A stretch of 64,000 nucleotides of DNA from an uncultured bacterium (GTDB lineage: Bacteria > Oederibacteriota > Oederibacteriia > Oederibacteriales > Oederibacteriaceae), in assembly GCA_965112635.1 (NCBI GenBank), contig OZ218778.1:1600001-1664000 (forward strand), written 5' to 3'. Shown piece by piece: positions 57,948-64,000 of this stretch (the first letter of the stretch is position 1; each line of letters opens with the position of its first letter). The notes beneath the pieces are model-generated. The model made no database searches and was not told where the DNA came from. It saw only the letters and a program-made list of their open reading frames with translations. Both the position numbers and the translations under genes were made by a program.

Positions 57948-59819
57948 ATGAAGCGATTACTTTTGATTAACCCGAAATTTCCAGAAAGTTTTTGGAGCTT
58001 TAAATGGACGCTTCAAAATATTTTGCCCCATTTCAAGGCCGTGAATCCGCCTTTGGGGCTGGCCACCCTGGCCGCGCTTTGCCCTCCGGACTGGGAGGTG
58101 GAGATTGTAGATGAGAACATTGAAAGCATTCCCCTCAACCCCCAAGCAGATGTCGTTGGAATTTGCGGAATGGAAGTGCAATATGGCCGCCAGAAAGAAC
58201 TGCTCCGTTATTACCGCGACCTGGGGCGTTATGTCGTGGCTGGAGGCAGCTTTGCCTCCCTTTGCCCGGAAAAATATACCAACCTGGCCGACACGGTCGT
58301 GGCTGGCGAGGCGGAATATATCTGGAAACAGTTCTGCCGGGATTACGAAGCCACCCATCCCCAGCCTTTATATAAGGAAATCGGCACCGTGGACATGAAA
58401 GATTCGCCCGCCCCGCGTTTTGACCTGCTCAAAATAGACCAATATATGACCGTGAACATGCAGTTTTCCAGGGGTTGCCCTTTTCAGTGCGAATTTTGCG
58501 ACATTATTGTGATGTTCGGCCGAAATCCCAGGGTAAAAACCGTGGAGCAAATAGGGAAAGAACTGGACCTGCTCCGGGCCCGGGAAGTCCATAATTTGTT
58601 TTTTGTGGATGACAATCTAATCGGGAACAAGCCCGCGGCCAAGGCCCTACTGACTTTCCTTATCCAATACCAGAAAAATCACGACTATAAGTTCCGTTTC
58701 GGTACTGAAGCTTCCCTGAACCTGGCCCAAGACACAGAACTGTTAGAACTGTTCAGTCAGGCCGGCTTTGAGTGGGTGTTTATGGGCATTGAATCCTCGG
58801 ATAAAGAAAGCCTTAAAGAGACAAAAAAACTTCAGAACACTCATGAAGACCTCCTTGTGTCCATCCGTAGGATCTACAGCTACGGTATCGACGTGTTCTC
58901 CGGTTTTATCATCGGGTTTGACCACGATAAAAAAAGCACTTTTGAGACCCAGTATCGGTTCATCGTGGAGTCTGGTATCCAGGTTGCCATGGCCGGCCTG
59001 CTCATCGCCCTACCCAAGACGCCCCTCTATCTACGGCTGGAAAAAGAAGGGCGTCTGAGTTCTGTGGGCCACGAGGGAGAGAACACCAAGCTGGGGACCA
59101 ATATTATCCCTAAAAACATGACTTACGATGAGATGGTTCTGGGCTACAGAGAACTATACCGGAATTTGCTAGAACCAAAGAACATAGCCCAGCGCATCCG
59201 GAACAAATTAACATATATGAAAAGGCCCTGTTACACGGCGGATTTTCCCCTGGGCACCAAGGTCAGGCTGCCCTGGAGGATATTACGCCAGGGCTTTAAG
59301 GCCGGCGGCTGGGCCGCGGTATTCTATATGATCGAAGGGATGATGACCATTCCTGTCCGGCAAATCCCAGCGCTGTTCCAGGACTGGGTCGTGGGACTGG
59401 GAATGCGGGACTATGCTTGGAGGCACCTACAGGAATTTCCCGAGGATAAGCATCACAAGATTCAGGAAGCCTTGGCCAGCTTGAGCAAGGTTTTTTCCAG
59501 GGAGGTTGCAGAACACCGTCTGTATTTTGCCCGCAAAGGGGATGTTCCAAAAGTCAGTGGTTTGTCGGTGCATCTGACCAACCTGCTGGACAATAAAAAT
59601 TTCAAGCAAATGGGCAAGTGTCTGGGCAAACTCCTGCGGAGGAGTCCAGTGAACCTCACTCTGCATATCGAGTCCTATAAAGAGGAACAGTCTTCCTACT
59701 TCAAGGCCCTGCTCAAACGGCTGTCTGTCTACGGGGATAGGGTTCATATCGCTTTCAACAAAAATCTCCTCTGTAAGATCCCGGTGGACTCTTCGGTCTT
59801 TCATGTAGTATTGTCTTAA
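57948..59819 (+). CDS. B12-binding radical SAM protein (DUF4070 type)
   Basis: PPLGLATLA, CPFQCEFC, FVDDN, GFIIGFDHD. Confidence 0.88.
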   Translation: MKRLLLINPKFPESFWSFKWTLQNILPHFKAVNPPLGLATLAALCPPDWEVEIVDENIESIPLNPQADVVGICGMEVQYGRQKELLRYYRDLGRYVVAGGSFASLCPEKYTNLADTVVAGEAEYIWKQFCRDYEATHPQPLYKEIGTVDMKDSPAPRFDLLKIDQYMTVNMQFSRGCPFQCEFCDIIVMFGRNPRVKTVEQIGKELDLLRAREVHNLFFVDDNLIGNKPAAKALLTFLIQYQKNHDYKFRFGTEASLNLAQDTELLELFSQAGFEWVFMGIESSDKESLKETKKLQNTHEDLLVSIRRIYSYGIDVFSGFIIGFDHDKKSTFETQYRFIVESGIQVAMAGLLIALPKTPLYLRLEKEGRLSSVGHEGENTKLGTNIIPKNMTYDEMVLGYRELYRNLLEPKNIAQRIRNKLTYMKRPCYTADFPLGTKVRLPWRILRQGFKAGGWAAVFYMIEGMMTIPVRQIPALFQDWVVGLGMRDYAWRHLQEFPEDKHHKIQEALASLSKVFSREVAEHRLYFARKGDVPKVSGLSVHLTNLLDNKNFKQMGKCLGKLLRRSPVNLTLHIESYKEEQSSYFKALLKRLSVYGDRVHIAFNKNLLCKIPVDSSVFHVVLS

Positions 59820-59876
59820 ACAAGACAGATTCCTGCCATCCCATGAATTCTCTCTAGCCTTTGGAGGGAGGCCGGT

Positions 59877-60581
59877 GTGATTCTGCAGTCAAAAAAGTTC
59901 TGCTTGGAATTGGAAAATATGCCCAACCCTGAATTGACCCGAAAAGAGTTCATCAAAAAAGAGGCGGTCAGCAGTAGCATTCACGGGATTGCCACGCTTT
60001 TCAGCATTGCCGGGTTGGTTGTGCTTGTGGAAATGGCCCGGCGTTACGGCACGATCTGGCATTTGGTCAGCTTCAGCATTTATGGGGCCACCCTGGTGCT
60101 GCTCTATCTTACTTCCACCCTGTACCACGGCCTCAAGCTCACCCGGGCCAGGAGCCTTTTCCGGATCCTGGACCATTCCGCCATCTTCCTTTTGATTGCC
60201 GGAACTTATACGCCGTTTTTGCTGGTCAATCTGCGCGGGCCCTGGGGCTGGAGCATGTTCGGGGTGGAGTGGGGCCTGGCAGTCCTGGGAGTGGTGTTTA
60301 AGGTTTTTTTTGCAGGACGCCTGAGGATCATCTCGACCGGCATCTATCTGCTGATGGGATGGCTGATCGTGGTGACGATCAAACCGCTAGTTCTGAGCCT
60401 GCCCTGGACGGGAAGCCTCCTCATCCTAGTGGGAGGGTTGCTGTACACCGGAGGAGTGGTTTTTTACCACCGCCGGGATTTTTTTTATCACCATGCTGTT
60501 TGGCATCTTTGCGTGATATTGGGTAGTTTGTGCTGTTTTCTGGCCATTCTCTGGTATGTGCTGCCCGCAGGCCCCAAGTGA
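59877..60581 (+). CDS. Hemolysin III / PAQR membrane protein
   Basis: STLYH, DHSAIFLLIAGTYTP, HAVWHL. Confidence 0.9.
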   Translation: MILQSKKFCLELENMPNPELTRKEFIKKEAVSSSIHGIATLFSIAGLVVLVEMARRYGTIWHLVSFSIYGATLVLLYLTSTLYHGLKLTRARSLFRILDHSAIFLLIAGTYTPFLLVNLRGPWGWSMFGVEWGLAVLGVVFKVFFAGRLRIISTGIYLLMGWLIVVTIKPLVLSLPWTGSLLILVGGLLYTGGVVFYHRRDFFYHHAVWHLCVILGSLCCFLAILWYVLPAGPK

Positions 60582-60820
60582 GGGGAATCCGGAATTTCCT
60601 GCGGAATGGCAGGTAAAAGGCTGTTTCAGGGCCCTTTTTGTGGACTTTTAACTTCCTGTTAAATAAAATGCTTGCAATCGGTCCAGGCGTGATACACTAC
60701 ATTAAACTCTACGTGGCATTGAGTCAAGACAGCTAATGGAAAGGCTGCAAGACCTGCAAGTGGGTAGCAGCCTTTTTTTGTTTATGGCGCAAGGCTTACT
60801 AAGAAAGGAGATATGCTTCT

Positions 60821-61021
60821 ATGCCAAAAGGAACAGTAAAATGGTTCAACGAAGGCAAAGGCTACGGTTTTATCACACCGGAAGAGGGAAAAGACTTATT
60901 TGTTCATTTCTCAGGCATCAAAGGGGACGGTTTTAAGACTCTTCCCGAAGGTGCTGCGGTGGAATTTGAAATGACCGAAGGCCAAAAAGGCCCTCAGGCC
61001 ATCAACGTCGTAAAGCTCTAA
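60821..61021 (+). CDS. cspA: Cold-shock protein
   Basis: GTVKWFN, KGYGFI, FVHFS. Confidence 0.93.
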   Translation: MPKGTVKWFNEGKGYGFITPEEGKDLFVHFSGIKGDGFKTLPEGAAVEFEMTEGQKGPQAINVVKL

Positions 61022-61036
61022 GCTTAGACTAGAAAC

Positions 61037-61071
61037 AAAAAGCCCCTGGATACTTGCCCAGGGGCTTTTTT
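61037..61071 (+). terminator. Rho-independent (bidirectional) terminator
   Basis: aaaaagcccctgg...ccaggggcttttt. Confidence 0.85.
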
Positions 61072-61137
61072 ATTTTCCAGGTAGGGCATACTCTCTACCC
61101 AATAGTCGCTAGCTATTTATTACATTGGAAAAAGGGT

Positions 61138-61464
61138 TTAATGTGTTTGGCATGTACAGGATACCGAATAACTCCAGCCATCTTCGCCGCTGCTTGCACA
61201 ACAAACCCAACCCGCGTAAGCGCTACCTCCCGGATCAAGGGTGAAACTACCCAGTGACCATTGGGCATTACTGTTGGAGTACATATAGCACATGATGTCC
61301 AAGGTTTGGTTGGTTATATTTGTCACGTAAATGTAATCCTCGTAATTCCAATTATCAGCATTATAAAGGTGTTCCATTCGAAAAGATACACAATCCGACC
61401 AGCCTGTATGGGATAACAACAGCAAACTCGAAAGCAATACAACAATCCATAGAATTCGCTTCAT
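61138..61464 (-). CDS. Small secreted Cys-containing protein
   Basis: AGGAGG RBS, signal peptide. Confidence 0.6.
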   Translation of the reverse strand: MKRILWIVVLLSSLLLLSHTGWSDCVSFRMEHLYNADNWNYEDYIYVTNITNQTLDIMCYMYSNSNAQWSLGSFTLDPGGSAYAGWVCCASSGEDGWSYSVSCTCQTH

Positions 61465-61491
61465 ATTAACCTCCTTCATTCTTGTAATGAG

Positions 61492-62013
61492 TTATTTGCC
61501 GTTCTGAGTTTGATTGCCTTCTAATTTCCCTTTTATTTTCGCCAAGGCGTTTTTGATGGCGTTTTCCATAGTCTCTAGTTTGCTTTTGGAACGTGCAATC
61601 ATTAATTGCGCGTGTTGAGTTGGACTTAAAATCTTGCTGAGCAACGTTTCCCTATCTTTTGTCGCGGCATCAGACTTCTCCTTATTTTTCGCCAGGGCAT
61701 CCATTACCTCGGTCAATTCTTTGTCTGTTGCTTTTTTACTTACCAAGTCTTCCAGCTTTTTCATGAGGGTTTGTTCTTCCGTATGTAACGCCTTCATTTT
61801 TCCATCAAACTCTTCATAAAAGCCTTTTAGTTTTCCTTTCTGGTCTGGTGTTAGTCCTATCTTATTAGATATTTTGTCAAGCCAGTGGCTACTGGGTTGT
61901 CCTCCAGAAACGCTTGCGCTCGTTTGGACCATTGTGTTATCAGCAAACGATTGCAGGGGCAAAGATAGGAAACAAGCAAACAAAAAACAAAATATGTATT
62001 TGTTTAATTTCAT
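61492..62013 (-). CDS. Spy/CpxP-family periplasmic protein
   Basis: Signal peptide; LTPDQ and LSPTQ motifs. Confidence 0.7.
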   Translation of the reverse strand: MKLNKYIFCFLFACFLSLPLQSFADNTMVQTSASVSGGQPSSHWLDKISNKIGLTPDQKGKLKGFYEEFDGKMKALHTEEQTLMKKLEDLVSKKATDKELTEVMDALAKNKEKSDAATKDRETLLSKILSPTQHAQLMIARSKSKLETMENAIKNALAKIKGKLEGNQTQNGK

Positions 62014-62175
62014 TTTTCCTCCTTATCCTTTAGAATGTTTTGCAGAAATGATTATACCCCTAAAAAATATTATGAGGTATATTTAAAAGGTAGGCTAAAT
62101 ATCCTTATTAAGCTTTTTGTGTGTTAGTAGGAATACTCTCAATAAAACAATGGGATTTAAGGAGAGGTTGTTAAG

Positions 62176-63207
62176 ATGTTTAAGAAAATAATTTTTGGAA
62201 AAACTAACTTAGAAGTAAGCAGAGTCGCTTTTGGGGGGATACCCATCCAGCGTCTCTCTATGACCGATGCCGTAGAAGTGGTGCGCGAAGCTTTAGGCCT
62301 GGGGGTCAATTTTATTGATACGGCAACGGCTTACACTGACAGCCAAGAAAAGATCGGCTTGGCTATAAAAGATATTCCCAGGCATAGGTTAGTTTTAGCG
62401 TCTAAGTCAGGAGTTAATGATAAGGCCACCATCCTAAAGGATATAGATAACTCCCTGAAGATGCTGAGAACCGATTACGTGGATATTTATCAGCTGCATA
62501 ATGTAGCCTCTGAGGAAAAGTTTAACGCAGTAATGGGAGAGGGCGGGGCTTACGCAGGTATTATGGAAGCCGTCAAGCAGGGCAAGGTGAGATTCCCGGG
62601 ATTTAGTTCCCATGCAATGAATTATGCAAAAAAGATGATAATGACTGACAAGTTCTTTTCTGTCCAAGTTCCTTATAATTTTATTGACCGCCAAGCTGAG
62701 GATGAGGTCATTACACTTGCGAAACAGAGGAATATGGGCATCATTGCGATGAAGCCGTTAGGCGGAGGCCTTTTAGACAATGCCGTTCTTTGTTTTAAAT
62801 ATTTATTGCAGATGGATGGAGTTGTTCCTGATCCAGGTATAGAAAAGCTCGGTCAAATGAGAGAGATAGTCGAGATCGTAAAAAAGGGCACTGTTTTGAG
62901 CCCTTCAGAAATGGCAGAAATGGATAGGATCCGCAGGGAAGTGGGGGATAGCTGGTGCCATCGCTGCGATTATTGCCAGCCCTGCCCTCAGCTAATAGCC
63001 ATAAGTACCATTCTTTGGGTTAGATCATTTGTAAAAAGAATGGCCTATAGGGCATCCTCCTGGGTTGATAAGGAAATGGCGCGTGTTGACCAATGCACCG
63101 AATGCAGGACCTGCGTGGATCGGTGTCCTTATCATTTAGATATTCCAAAATTACTTAAACAGAACTTGTCTGTATGGCAAGAGTATATCAGCCAACAACA
63201 GCGCTAA
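62176..63207 (+). CDS. Aldo/keto reductase with C-terminal Fe-S domain
   Basis: FIDTATAY, IYQLH, AMKPLGGG, CHRCDYCQPCP, CTECRTCVDRCP. Confidence 0.9.
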   Translation: MFKKIIFGKTNLEVSRVAFGGIPIQRLSMTDAVEVVREALGLGVNFIDTATAYTDSQEKIGLAIKDIPRHRLVLASKSGVNDKATILKDIDNSLKMLRTDYVDIYQLHNVASEEKFNAVMGEGGAYAGIMEAVKQGKVRFPGFSSHAMNYAKKMIMTDKFFSVQVPYNFIDRQAEDEVITLAKQRNMGIIAMKPLGGGLLDNAVLCFKYLLQMDGVVPDPGIEKLGQMREIVEIVKKGTVLSPSEMAEMDRIRREVGDSWCHRCDYCQPCPQLIAISTILWVRSFVKRMAYRASSWVDKEMARVDQCTECRTCVDRCPYHLDIPKLLKQNLSVWQEYISQQQR

Positions 63208-63275
63208 AATAATGGGTGAGATTAAGACGCGGTTGGGTTAATTGCATTAACTAACTTAAAATTGCTTAAAATGTC

Positions 63276-63314
63276 AAAAAACGGGGACGCGATTATCGCT
63301 TTCCCGTTTTTTTT
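63276..63314 (+). terminator. Rho-independent terminator
   Basis: aaaaaacggg...cccgttttttt. Confidence 0.7.
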
Positions 63315-63421
63315 TAAGGCTTTTAATTGTTTCCATGTCCTTGAAAGAACAACGAGGGGTTATCACTCGTTAATGGTAAAATACCATTATATGTGGCTAT
63401 TTTTCTAACCAGGATAGAATT

Positions 63422-64000
63422 ATGACCCTAAAAAATTCTGTGGCAAAAATTATAGAAGCACTTGCACTGCTTTTACTTATTATTCCGACGTTATTTCCTC
63501 AATCCTGCTTTAGCCAGGCCACTAGCTATGGTCAAAATAAAGCACAGTGGAGGAATTTTCAGTGGTATATCTTTGAAACCCCTCATTTCACTATTTACTA
63601 TTACCCAGAAGAAGAAAAGGTCGCTCAAGAGGTCTGTCAAATAGCAGAGCAGGCTTTCCAGCATGATACTAAAGTAATGGGTTTCGTCCCTACAAAACGC
63701 ATTCCGATATTTTTGTACTTGACGCCTGGAGATTTTGAGCAAACGAATGTTGTGGCCGAAGACCTTGGAGATGGAGTGGGTGGTGTGACTGAGATGTTGA
63801 AAAACCGCATCACCATTCCAGCGGGGACATCCGAGCATGATCTCACCAAGGTCATCACACACGAGATGGTTCATGCGCTCCAATTTGACGTCATGTATGG
63901 TGAGGGTCTTCCTCGGACGTATCAAGTGTATCGCGCGGCTTTTGTTCCGCAGTGGCTTATGGAAGGCACTGCAGAATACGGCGCCCAGGATTGGGACAAT
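63422..64000 (+). CDS. Exported zinc-metallopeptidase-like protein (peptidase MA-like), truncated by the window end
   Basis: Not in the ORF track; translates as signal peptide, YGQNKAQW, HEMVH (HExxH), PQWLMEGTAEY. Confidence 0.8.
   Translation, partial: MTLKNSVAKIIEALALLLLIIPTLFPQSCFSQATSYGQNKAQWRNFQWYIFETPHFTIYYYPEEEKVAQEVCQIAEQAFQHDTKVMGFVPTKRIPIFLYLTPGDFEQTNVVAEDLGDGVGGVTEMLKNRITIPAGTSEHDLTKVITHEMVHALQFDVMYGEGLPRTYQVYRAAFVPQWLMEGTAEYGAQDWDN

Noticed and set aside
63462-63925. Three short ORFs listed at the window end
   Set aside because: Shadows of the unlisted long plus-strand peptidase ORF starting at 63422

Overview
Bacterial chromosomal window made of two AT-richer, tRNA-anchored islands separated and followed by core genes. 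Island 1 (window start to ~11440) is integrated at the 3' end of tRNA-Glu by a large serine recombinase. It carries an SMC/RloC-like ATPase, an AbiV-like HEPN gene, a STAS gene, an XRE regulator and a frameshifted winged-helix regulator. Core region 11.7-25.1 kb: mreC-mreD-mrdA-rodA, an inserted beta-glucuronidase, a radical SAM fusion, rlmI, a TPR protein, ispE and tRNA-Gln. Island 2 (~25130-56240, ~31.1 kb) can be delimited by eye: a CAGCCA core at both ends, with symmetric 16-bp inverted arms that rebuild a serine-integrase attP. Because att lies inside the integrase gene, excision would swap its C-terminus (tRNA-antisense tail replaced by a 55-aa tail ending ALHAA) and join the integrase/primase operon to the ParB-methylase/terminase genes at the far end. 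Island 2 is a dense defence cluster: HhH-GPD glycosylase, type III R-M, EVE-HNH nuclease, two PD-(D/E)XK-like proteins, a prohead-protease-like protein, HigBA, and a HEPN / ssrA-like-tailed antitoxin / SecB triplet that looks like an unusual toxin-antitoxin-chaperone system. It also holds an IS256 with a 9-bp target duplication and a small tyrosine recombinase with two dif-like sites. After attR: duplicated atypical NarL regulators, a B12 radical SAM, hemolysin III, a cold-shock protein, an aldo/keto reductase and a partial metallopeptidase. All family calls are from motif recognition by eye; no database searches were run.
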